Virus record (IMG/VR): IMGVR_UViG_3300014576_000001 | DNA length: 64,000 nt | DNA from: an uncultured virus (IMG/VR IMGVR_UViG_3300014576_000001) | Taxonomy: Duplodnaviria; Heunggongvirae; Uroviricota; Caudoviricetes | Reading direction: 5' to 3' (one strand) | Shown: positions 56,552 through 64,000 of the stretch, piece after piece | How the letters are laid out: the number at the start of each line of letters is the position of its first letter | Numbering within the stretch: position 1 is the first letter of the stretch | Notes under the pieces: generated by a model | Told to the model about the DNA's origin: nothing | The model's database searches: none | The model's input: only the letters and a program-made list of their open reading frames with translations | Program-made: the position numbers and the translations under genes

Positions 56552-57827
56552 GCCGGTATTCGCGCTGATTGACTGCAACAGCTTCTACGCCAGCTGTGAG
56601 CGCGTCTTCCGCCCGGACCTGGCCAAAACCCCAATCGTTGTCCTGTCGAACAATGATGGATGCGTGATCGCCCGCAGCTACGACGCAAAGCCATTTGTGA
56701 AGATGGGCGCGCCCTATTATCAGATCAAAGATCACCTGCGTCGGAACGGTGTCGTCGCGTTCAGCAGCAACTATGCACTGTATGGCGACATGAGCGAGCG
56801 GGTCATGATGATCATCGAGTCGATGGTTCCGGCGCTTGAGGTGTACAGCATCGACGAAGCTTTCGCCGATCTGACCGGTATGACCGGTATGACCGGCGAC
56901 CTGACAGCGTTTGGTCGTAAGATCCGTTCCGCCATCTATCAGCGGACGGGTATCCCAGTTGGCGTCGGCATCGCTCGAACCAAGACCCTCGCCAAGCTGG
57001 CGAACCACACTGCAAAACGGTTGCTGGCGAAGACTGGTGGCGTTGTCGATATTTGCGATCCCTTCAAACGCGACTGGACGCTGCGAAACACCGATGTCGG
57101 CGAAGTTTGGGGCGTTGGCAAGCGCATGAAGGCACATCTTGAATGTATGGGTATCAAAACTGCGATGGACCTGGCCAACGCCGATGCATGGACCCTGAGA
57201 AAGAAATTCAGTGTTGTCATCGAGAAAACCGCCCGTGAACTCGCTGGCACGCCATGCTTGGAACTGGGCGAGGCCGACCCGCCGAAGCAGGAGATATGCT
57301 GTAGCCGAATGTTCGGCACCCGGCTGACCGAGATCGATCCGATCAAAGAAGCGGTGGCCACGTACACACAGCGCGCGGCGGAGAAGCTGCGAGCTCAAGG
57401 CTCTATGTGCAAAAAGATCCGAGTCAGCATTCGCACGGGCATGTTCAACCCTGAAGAGGCCAAATACGCGAACGGCGCCCTAGTCGAACTGCCGTACGCT
57501 ACAAACGATGTGCGGCTGATGACGAAGGCCGCAATGGAGGCAGTGAACCGTTTATTTCGTCCAGGTTTCAAATACAGCAAGGCCGAGGTTCTGTTGATGG
57601 ATCTGCGTCAGCCTGGCGAATTCACAGGTGACCTGTTCGCGCAGTCGCAACCAGCAGAGGCCGAAAAGGTGATGAGCGTGCTTGATGAAATCAACGGACG
57701 ATGGGGGAGAGGTACGTTGCGTGCGGCGAGTGTACCTGCTGACCCGCCGTGGGCAATGCGCCGAGATCTTATGAGCCAAAGTTTTACCACCAAGCTTGAT
57801 CAGCTTTGGACAGTGAAAAGTATCTGA
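56538..57827 (+). CDS. umuC: DNA polymerase V subunit UmuC/RulB
   Basis: DCNSFYASCE, SNNDGC, YSIDE, TKTLAKLAN. Confidence 0.95.
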   Translation: MTTPEPVFALIDCNSFYASCERVFRPDLAKTPIVVLSNNDGCVIARSYDAKPFVKMGAPYYQIKDHLRRNGVVAFSSNYALYGDMSERVMMIIESMVPALEVYSIDEAFADLTGMTGMTGDLTAFGRKIRSAIYQRTGIPVGVGIARTKTLAKLANHTAKRLLAKTGGVVDICDPFKRDWTLRNTDVGEVWGVGKRMKAHLECMGIKTAMDLANADAWTLRKKFSVVIEKTARELAGTPCLELGEADPPKQEICCSRMFGTRLTEIDPIKEAVATYTQRAAEKLRAQGSMCKKIRVSIRTGMFNPEEAKYANGALVELPYATNDVRLMTKAAMEAVNRLFRPGFKYSKAEVLLMDLRQPGEFTGDLFAQSQPAEAEKVMSVLDEINGRWGRGTLRAASVPADPPWAMRRDLMSQSFTTKLDQLWTVKSI

Positions 57828-58100
57828 TCAAATAGCCCTTATGATCCGTTCATCCTGCATCTAGGCGGACTCATAAGCTGAGACAGACTACCCCTGCTTC
57901 GAGTGTAATGGACAAAGAGACCTGCGTCACATGCTGTCTACTTGCCATTTGAGGGCCGCGCAGGTAGAGTGTTCTCGACTGTCTCCAATAGTCGAAGTCG
58001 ATACCGGAAAACCCTGCACCTTGACGAAGGTGCGGGGTTTTTTTTCGTCCATGCTCCACAAGCGGGACGTCCTCGTCGAATTCCATGATTATCGACCCAA

Positions 58101-58133
58101 TAAAAAACCCGCCTTTTTAGGGGCGGGTTTTTA
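58101..58133. terminator. Bidirectional intrinsic terminator downstream of the S-layer-like gene
   Basis: AAAAAACCCGCC-TTTTTAGG-GGCGGGTTTTT. Confidence 0.8.
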
Positions 58134-58184
58134 GGGTCGCCTGCGATGTGCCGAAGCCCATCGCAGTCGCCACTCACATGGCAA

Positions 58185-59993
58185 TTAAGCTACGTGAGAG
58201 ATAACACCGTTCGCGAATGTAACTTGCGAAACGTCGGTAACGCCAGTCAGGGTGATGACGGCAGCGTTGTCTGTAGCGTTAGCAGTCGCCAGTACGGCAG
58301 TCGAGCTACCGAAGGCGGTAGTTTCAACTACTGCCTTAACATCGGTACCATCTTTGACGAAGAACACTTCCAAGGCGTTATTGTTACCACCAACCAAGTG
58401 ACCAGAAGCATCAACGGTAGCGGTACCCAGCGTGTAACCTTCGCCGAGATACAGGGAGTCGCCAGCGCCGAACTTAAGGCCGAGGTCGTTGTTCTGTGCG
58501 ATTTTGGCTGGGAAGAAGAAAACGTCACCTTTGTCGGCAGTGCCAGCACCGTCTGTAGCTTCAAGCAAGGCCTTGTTGCCGTCTACTGCTGCTTGAGAAT
58601 TCGCAGCTGCTTTAGTCAACGCAGTGTACGCATTGTCCAGCGAACCGTATTTAGCAACGAAGGCGTCGACCGACTTCGAAGCATTCAGTTTTGCAGTGTC
58701 GGCAGCCAATTTGTCGTAGGAAGCCTTGTAAGCGTCACCAGTGCTCAGCGTAGTGTTATCGTCATCACCGTCAGCGTTCGTCAAAGCGGCACTTGCCTTG
58801 TCATACGCAGCTTGAGCAACTGCTTGCGAATGCTCCAGAGCAGCAACAGTCTTAACGGAATCAAAGGCCGAAATGCCAGCGAATGCCTTGGTGATGGTAT
58901 CGATCTGGGCAGAAGTAGTGTTAGCGTCGACCAGAGTGGTGAAGATGGTGGTGGTAGTCGTACCATCAGCCAGACCAGCAGCCTTCACAGCAGCAGCGTA
59001 AGTAGCTTTGTTAGCATCGTTATTTGCATACGCAGCAAAGGTAGCCTGAGCTTGGGTGATATCCCCATCAGTCGCACCTTGGTTAGCAGCCAGCGCTTTG
59101 GAGGCTGTGTCGTATGCAGTGATGTTAGCTTGGGCAGCGGTTTGTTGATCTTTAGGCAGCGTGCTATCAGTCAGATAGTTAGTACGGGCGGTAGCCAGAT
59201 CCGAAGTATCGGTAGCTACAGTGCTAGTCAGCGCCTTAGTATCCAGACCTGTCTGAGCAGTAGTAATGCCGTTATCGATCGCTGCTTTCAAACCAGTGTA
59301 TGTGCTGGTGTTGTCGACAGTGATGTTCACGTTGTTGATCAGACCAGCTTTGTCATTGGTAACAGTCAGAGCAGTCAATTCTTTTGCCAGAGCGCTGATG
59401 TCGGCCAACTTGTTGGTTTGATAGGCGGTCACGGCAGCATCAGCGGCAGCGTCAGCTTTGAGGGCGGCAACAGCGGCAGGAACAGCAATGCCACTCAGCG
59501 AGCCGTCAGTCAGCTTGCCCAGTGCGTCGGTCACGCTGGTGTTTGTGCCGTTAACGTCAGCAATCACTGCCTTGGCGTCAGCGGCTGTGTACTGGCCAGC
59601 AGCTGTCGAAGTGTAAACTTCAGAAACCAAAACCTTGTTAGCAACGACTTGAGCGTCTGCCGAAGCAGCACCGTTGACGAAAGCAGTCAGCAGCAGGTCA
59701 GCATTGACGGAAGCGCCGCCACCGGTGGTCCAGTAAGCCAGGCCATCTGCATCAGGTGCGCGACCGAAGAGGTTGTTGTAAATCTTAACAACGGTGTCTT
59801 CGCGAGTCAGACCGCCGTAGATAGCTTTGTATTCTGGTTGCTCGTTAACGAAGTTAGCGCGCAGGTCGTCCAGAGTCAGCTTGGCTGGAACAGTGTTCAG
59901 CTGGTCAGCCCAGTAGTCCAGACCAGCTTTGTCGGCAGCGCGGCCCAGGTAGGCAACGTAGAGTTGTTGAATTTGTGCAGTGGTAATAGCCAT
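58185..59993 (-). CDS. S-layer-like protein (RsaA/SlaA-type, DUF4214-like N-terminus, probable type I secretion substrate)
   Basis: IQQLYVAYLGRAADKAGLDYW, IYNNLFGRAPDADGLAYW; Ala/Thr-rich, no Cys, no signal peptide; C-terminal VITLTGV. Confidence 0.8.
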   Translation of the reverse strand: MAITTAQIQQLYVAYLGRAADKAGLDYWADQLNTVPAKLTLDDLRANFVNEQPEYKAIYGGLTREDTVVKIYNNLFGRAPDADGLAYWTTGGGASVNADLLLTAFVNGAASADAQVVANKVLVSEVYTSTAAGQYTAADAKAVIADVNGTNTSVTDALGKLTDGSLSGIAVPAAVAALKADAAADAAVTAYQTNKLADISALAKELTALTVTNDKAGLINNVNITVDNTSTYTGLKAAIDNGITTAQTGLDTKALTSTVATDTSDLATARTNYLTDSTLPKDQQTAAQANITAYDTASKALAANQGATDGDITQAQATFAAYANNDANKATYAAAVKAAGLADGTTTTTIFTTLVDANTTSAQIDTITKAFAGISAFDSVKTVAALEHSQAVAQAAYDKASAALTNADGDDDNTTLSTGDAYKASYDKLAADTAKLNASKSVDAFVAKYGSLDNAYTALTKAAANSQAAVDGNKALLEATDGAGTADKGDVFFFPAKIAQNNDLGLKFGAGDSLYLGEGYTLGTATVDASGHLVGGNNNALEVFFVKDGTDVKAVVETTAFGSSTAVLATANATDNAAVITLTGVTDVSQVTFANGVISHVA

Positions 59994-60621
59994 TACGCTT
60001 TCATCTCCAATATGAGTCGATATTCCAACTCAGGCCTCCACCCGGAGCGAAGGTCAACCGACCTTCAGCCTGATTGCCACCCCTAGGAGTGGTGGCGATT
60101 TATGAGACAGCGAAAATCGCCGACATCTCAATCAGCGTCTCTGATAGGTCATTTTTTAACCGCTTCAAAGACATAGCTGACAGTTGCTCGCGGATCATAC
60201 ATGGCAAAATGGCTCCAAAACAATAGGAGAAATCCCCCCAAGTACGCCGCCTACATGTGTCGTCCGTCACAACCTAAACTGAAGTGATGGCATTTTGAAA
60301 GATTCATTCGTTCTATGAGTAGTTCCAGAGTGCCGACCAGTGGGCGTCTCCTTGACGCGGGCTGTCAAAAAAAGCCCGTCATAGAGCCGTCGCGATTCAG
60401 CGGTATGCCTCCAAGAAAATTATTAAGCGGGCTATCTATATAGAAGAAGAAAAGTCGCGAAGCGCGGCCGTCGATCAGGGCATACGGATGAAGGCCGACC
60501 AGTGGTAGCGGGCTGTGGATAGATTTTGGCAGTGCCGGAAGGATAGGGCGAAATTGTACGTAGATTTGTACGTGAGGCAGAAAAACGAAGGGCCCGCATT
60601 TCTGCGAGCCCTTGTTTTGTA

Positions 60622-60666
60622 TGGTGCCGGCACCAGGAGTCGAACCCGGGACCTACTGATTACAAG
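60622..60666 (-). tRNA. 3' half of tRNA-Thr(UGU), serving as a prophage att core (not a full gene)
   Basis: Minus strand CTTGTAATCAGTAGGTCCCGGGTTCGACTCCTGGTGCCGGCACCA (anticodon loop to CCA); no D arm or 5' stem upstream. Confidence 0.9.
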
Positions 60667-60686
60667 GAAGGTGGTCCAAACATATG

Positions 60687-60770
60687 AATCAAGGACTTAC
60701 GCGATTCCTTGTTACGTGCTGATGCGCTGAAGCCCGCATTGTTAGCGGGCTCCATAACCTTTGTTACGTG
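60687..60770. promoter_or_regulatory. att arm: IHF consensus and repeated arm-type motifs
   Basis: AATCAAGGACTTA (WATCAANNNNTTR) at 60687; TTGTTACGTG at 60709 and 60761. Confidence 0.6.
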
Positions 60771-60778
60771 GGATTTGC

Positions 60779-61927
60779 TCAGTCAGCGGAGGGGGAAACT
60801 ACGGGCACGCTAAGGTCGTAGACGTCCATCATTTTGGGGTCGCGATGACCGCTGGCTTCTTGCTTGTCAGCCCGATTGCCGGTGGTGTCCGTGATGCCTC
60901 GGCGCTTGAGGTCGTGCAATGCAAAGCGCTGCTCAGGCGTAATGATTTCGTCCTTGAGCGCAAGGGTGATGAAGCGCTGCCAGGCTGTATCGAGACTCGA
61001 CTTTCGCAGGGCGCCGCCGTGGCTGGCCACGATGATCGGGCGTTTGCCTGGAGCAATGGGGATCGGCGTCTTGCGTTTTTCCCAGGTGCGGGAGCGGTAG
61101 GCTTTCGCACTGTCCCAAACGGCGCGTAGACGCGGTGTCCACCGAACAATGTTGTCCCGGCTTCCTTTCCGTCTGTTGGTCAATATCCCTTCGTCCAGCT
61201 CGTTGGCATCGGTAAGGGTCACCACCTCAATGCCTCTAAGTCTGCACAGGTACGCCAGCTCCATCGCGATGGAAAGGTACTCCGGGCATCCACCTGGTTC
61301 GTTGCGTGCGAGTCGGCCACGTGCTGTCGCCCTGTCAATCAACTCGTCCATAACGTTCTGGATCGGCAGTCGGCGCTGCTTGCGTTCAACAGGCGCCTCG
61401 ATCCCTAGCGCCGGGTTGACCTCCAGAAAGCCACGGTTCCGACCCCACTGCAGCACTCGTCGGAGGTATCGCAGGGCGTGCGCAGCTTTCGAAGGCGTGC
61501 CCTCATCTGCCAACCTATCGACAATGCGCTGCACCAGGGCGGCAGTGAATTTCTTCACCGCAAGATCGCCGAGCGGCTTGCCGAGTTTGGTTGGGATGGT
61601 CAGCAGAACGTCGCGGGAGTAGCAGTAGTCATCGTGCGTCTTTGGCTTGAGCTTTTTATATCGATCGCTTTCATGAAATTTCTCACAGACATAACGAAGC
61701 GTGCCCCTGTCAACGTTCGACGCGTCGTCCATGATCCGATGCAGTTCAGCCAGCGACACGTCGGCAGGTGCCACGTTACGCCGGCGCTGTTTACCGGTTT
61801 CGTCCCTGTGTAGGGTGTACCAGACACCGCCGGCCCGATGATCAAAGTAAATGGCCGCGGGGAGCGCGGCCTGGTCGATGTGAGCTGGTATGTGCGGATT
61901 GTGCTTCCGCTTGCGAGCTTTCTTCAT
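60779..61927 (-). CDS. int: Phage integrase (tyrosine recombinase)
   Basis: 382 aa; LCRLRGIE, HDLKRR, SGH, VYD; points toward the att core. Confidence 0.93.
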   Translation of the reverse strand: MKKARKRKHNPHIPAHIDQAALPAAIYFDHRAGGVWYTLHRDETGKQRRRNVAPADVSLAELHRIMDDASNVDRGTLRYVCEKFHESDRYKKLKPKTHDDYCYSRDVLLTIPTKLGKPLGDLAVKKFTAALVQRIVDRLADEGTPSKAAHALRYLRRVLQWGRNRGFLEVNPALGIEAPVERKQRRLPIQNVMDELIDRATARGRLARNEPGGCPEYLSIAMELAYLCRLRGIEVVTLTDANELDEGILTNRRKGSRDNIVRWTPRLRAVWDSAKAYRSRTWEKRKTPIPIAPGKRPIIVASHGGALRKSSLDTAWQRFITLALKDEIITPEQRFALHDLKRRGITDTTGNRADKQEASGHRDPKMMDVYDLSVPVVSPSAD

Positions 61928-62136
61928 AAGATGTCTGCGTCGTACCGCTCCGACAGGACCGGCCCAACGCCGCCCGCCAAGTTGATCAAATCAATGGTAG
62001 TCCATGGCCCAGTTCGACCACGGAACATCCGAATGCCCTGTTCGATCAGTGTGCGTTCCACGTCCGACCGGCGCTGGTAGCCCGTGATGCGCTGCAGGTC
62101 CTCAAAGTCGAGGACCGATGCGGTTCCATTTCCCAT
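61924..62136 (-). CDS. DUF4224-type excisionase-like protein
   Basis: LDFEDLQRITGY; overlaps the int start. Confidence 0.75.
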   Translation of the reverse strand: MGNGTASVLDFEDLQRITGYQRRSDVERTLIEQGIRMFRGRTGPWTTIDLINLAGGVGPVLSERYDADIL

Positions 62137-62250
62137 GGTATTTCTCATGAAAAAGCCCCGCCGGCATTGTGGCGCAATGCCGGTGGGCTTGTTATTAGAA
62201 GTTGTTGGCAGGTTTTCTAATGGCTCGAAGTGTAGCTACCCGCGATGCGC

Positions 62251-63204
62251 TTATTGCCCTGCGTCCCGTTTTGCGGAAACACGCTGCCGAACTGAACGAG
62301 CAAGTCTCAGGAACACGTCTTCATTCACGCCGAAGCTGAGAGCTTCCTGGCACGCTGACGACGCCAGTTCGCGCAGAGCGTCATCCAGATCGTCGCCGCG
62401 CTCGACTGCTCGTGCTGATTTTCCTTCAGTGATAGGCGCTATCGCTACATCGTGTATCCGCTGGGCAAGCCCCTTCAGATCGTCCGAGAGAGAGCCATCG
62501 CCGCGATACAGCGCGGTACTGGCCATCTTGACGAGCATTTCCTTGGACTCAATCAGCAACCCCAACTGGTCCAGGTCTCGTTCCTGCAGAGCGTGAATTT
62601 CCATTCGGATAGCGTCGGTATTTTGTGAGCCGTTCGAAACGATTAATCCGGCGCCGATCAGATCGAGGGATGCGCGAAGGCTGTCCCGTTCAGATTGCAG
62701 GCGATCGAATCGTTGCGCACATGCTTCGATAGCGCCGTTCCACTGCTGCGCCATGTCCCATTCGTTGTAGATGTTGTCGCCGACGATCTTCATGCCGCTG
62801 TCGTCAATGAGCGCCGGAAGCAAATCATCATCCAGCAGATGTTGGATTTGGGTGGATAGGGTTTCCAGTGTGCGCTGATTCCAAGCCTCCAGCGCCTCGC
62901 TGATCGAGACGTAACACAGAGATGTGAGCGAACAACCCAAGCACTCAACGATGAATCCACGTTGCCACTCGGTGAGCTTCGCCCGGCAACCGCAGCAAGG
63001 ACACGCCCGAAGCCCATCGGTATGAACTTCACGTACAAACTCGCTGGGCGGTTCTGGCGCGGCAGCAACCATTGCGTTGTAGATGACGTATTCGCTATTG
63101 CTTCCGGTTTCCTCCATATATTTACGGGCGGCTTCAGCGCCTGCGTCCTGCATTTGACGATGCGCAACGGTTGGAACGAGTTTCCACTGAACGGTCATTT
63201 TCAT
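62251..63204 (-). CDS. Early phage protein with a Lar-like zinc-ribbon domain
   Basis: WKLVP..AAAP module; LRACPCCG...VECLGC...EALEAWNQR. Confidence 0.65.
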   Translation of the reverse strand: MKMTVQWKLVPTVAHRQMQDAGAEAARKYMEETGSNSEYVIYNAMVAAAPEPPSEFVREVHTDGLRACPCCGCRAKLTEWQRGFIVECLGCSLTSLCYVSISEALEAWNQRTLETLSTQIQHLLDDDLLPALIDDSGMKIVGDNIYNEWDMAQQWNGAIEACAQRFDRLQSERDSLRASLDLIGAGLIVSNGSQNTDAIRMEIHALQERDLDQLGLLIESKEMLVKMASTALYRGDGSLSDDLKGLAQRIHDVAIAPITEGKSARAVERGDDLDDALRELASSACQEALSFGVNEDVFLRLARSVRQRVSAKRDAGQ

Positions 63205-63223
63205 TGTCCTTCTGATCAAGAGG

Positions 63224-63439
63224 TTAGCGTCTGTAGCGCTGTTCTTTTGCGAGACGAGCGGCCAAGCGTTCGGCCATTAGCGCCGCCCATTCCTCGGCTT
63301 TACGCTCCTGGCGCGCGCGGCTGCAGGTCTGGTGATTTCGGGCCGATCGGGCGCGCCCGCAGATGTCGCAGATGCTGGGAAGGTCCAGACGCTTACTGGC
63401 CATCGTGGGCCGCTCGCGCATCGCCATGGTTTTAGGCAT
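63224..63439 (-). CDS. Small zinc-finger phage protein
   Basis: LPSICDICG..NHQTCSRARQ. Confidence 0.65.
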   Translation of the reverse strand: MPKTMAMRERPTMASKRLDLPSICDICGRARSARNHQTCSRARQERKAEEWAALMAERLAARLAKEQRYRR

Positions 63440-63944
63440 CGGCCACCGCCTTGACTTGGAGCTTCGACTGGCGGGCAGCTTCGTACTCGCTGGTGGTTAT
63501 CTCAGTTGCCCCACTGATCCAGCCGGCGGATGGTCTGCCGTACGCAACGTTGGCCAAGTGCGCTGCCTCGTTGATCGAAAACCCGAGATTGAAATAGGCA
63601 ACGGAGTTGAATTCGAAAAATATGCCGCCTGACAGCAGAAGGTTTCCGGTGTTGATCCTGAGTTGGCTCCACGTTTCATGAATGCTTAAGCGCGGAGGGC
63701 AGTTTTCATTCCACTGCTCGACGAGCCGCTTATGCTCGTCACGGATAGCGGCGCGTTCTTGTTTGCTGATGCCTTTGGGCGGTATAGCGTTGGTGCGCAG
63801 CGACCTGTAGCCGTGGTCATCAGGGCGGCACCAATGCACGTCCAGTTCCCGGCTGCTACTGAGCTTTACGCCGCCGGCATAGCAGGAGGTCATGTCTTGC
63901 ATCGGTGCGATTACGCCCCCGAACAGTTCGCCCAGCCGTTTCAT
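63432..63944 (-). CDS. Phage hypothetical protein (true start may lie beyond the window)
   Basis: 170+ aa ORF overlapping the downstream gene. Confidence 0.6.
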   Translation of the reverse strand: MKRLGELFGGVIAPMQDMTSCYAGGVKLSSSRELDVHWCRPDDHGYRSLRTNAIPPKGISKQERAAIRDEHKRLVEQWNENCPPRLSIHETWSQLRINTGNLLLSGGIFFEFNSVAYFNLGFSINEAAHLANVAYGRPSAGWISGATEITTSEYEAARQSKLQVKAVADA

Positions 63945-64000
63945 CGCTGCTCTTTGAGCGTCTTTCCGATCGTAGAAGTCTCGGACAATCGCGACCGTGG

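Larger units (their letters stand above)
1..57827. mobile_element. Prophage 1: temperate lambdoid siphovirus with HK97-type head. Left att lies outside the window; right end is uncertain (~57.8 kb, or up to the att core at 60666)
   Basis: Complete ordered module set from integrase to tail, endolysin and umuDC, with no obvious disabling lesions in core genes. Confidence 0.95.
60622..64000. mobile_element. Prophage 2 (left end; continues beyond the window)
   Basis: att core, integrase, DUF4224 gene and leftward early genes. Confidence 0.9.

Noticed and set aside
58146..60086. 646-aa plus-strand ORF
   Set aside because: Antisense shadow of the codon-biased S-layer-like gene; Ser/Val/Cys-rich with no motifs
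60622..60666. Complete tRNA-Thr gene
   Set aside because: Similarity stops at the anticodon loop; the 5' half is absent

Overview
Almost the whole window (1 to ~57.8 kb, possibly to 60.67 kb) is an apparently complete temperate siphovirus prophage with a lambdoid layout and an HK97-type head. Gene content and GC-rich codon use point to a Pseudomonas host (inference). In order: integrase and excisionase-like gene; a long leftward early operon with counter-oriented cargo genes; a cI/cro/cII switch with readable operators; replication and nin-type genes including a second tyrosine recombinase; Q; toxin-antitoxin and regulatory cargo; holin and spanins; HNH, terminase, portal, ClpP protease and capsid; a tail with a -1 frameshifting chaperone, a 1846-aa tape measure protein and a beta-propeller fibre; a displaced cell-wall hydrolase; a DUF4214-type surface-protein cassette; and SRAP-umuDC. 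Next come a 602-aa S-layer-like gene, the 3' half of tRNA-Thr(UGU) (an att core) and the start of a second prophage with a paralogous integrase. The most unusual signal is an RsaA-NTD/DUF4214-like motif that appears in three proteins: the tape-measure C-terminus, a repeat-flanked cargo gene and the S-layer-like gene. Also notable are a KorC-like repressor/membrane-peptide cassette, two families of duplicated micro-genes and conserved hairpins at early-operon gene boundaries. Family assignments come from motif recognition by eye; no searches were run.
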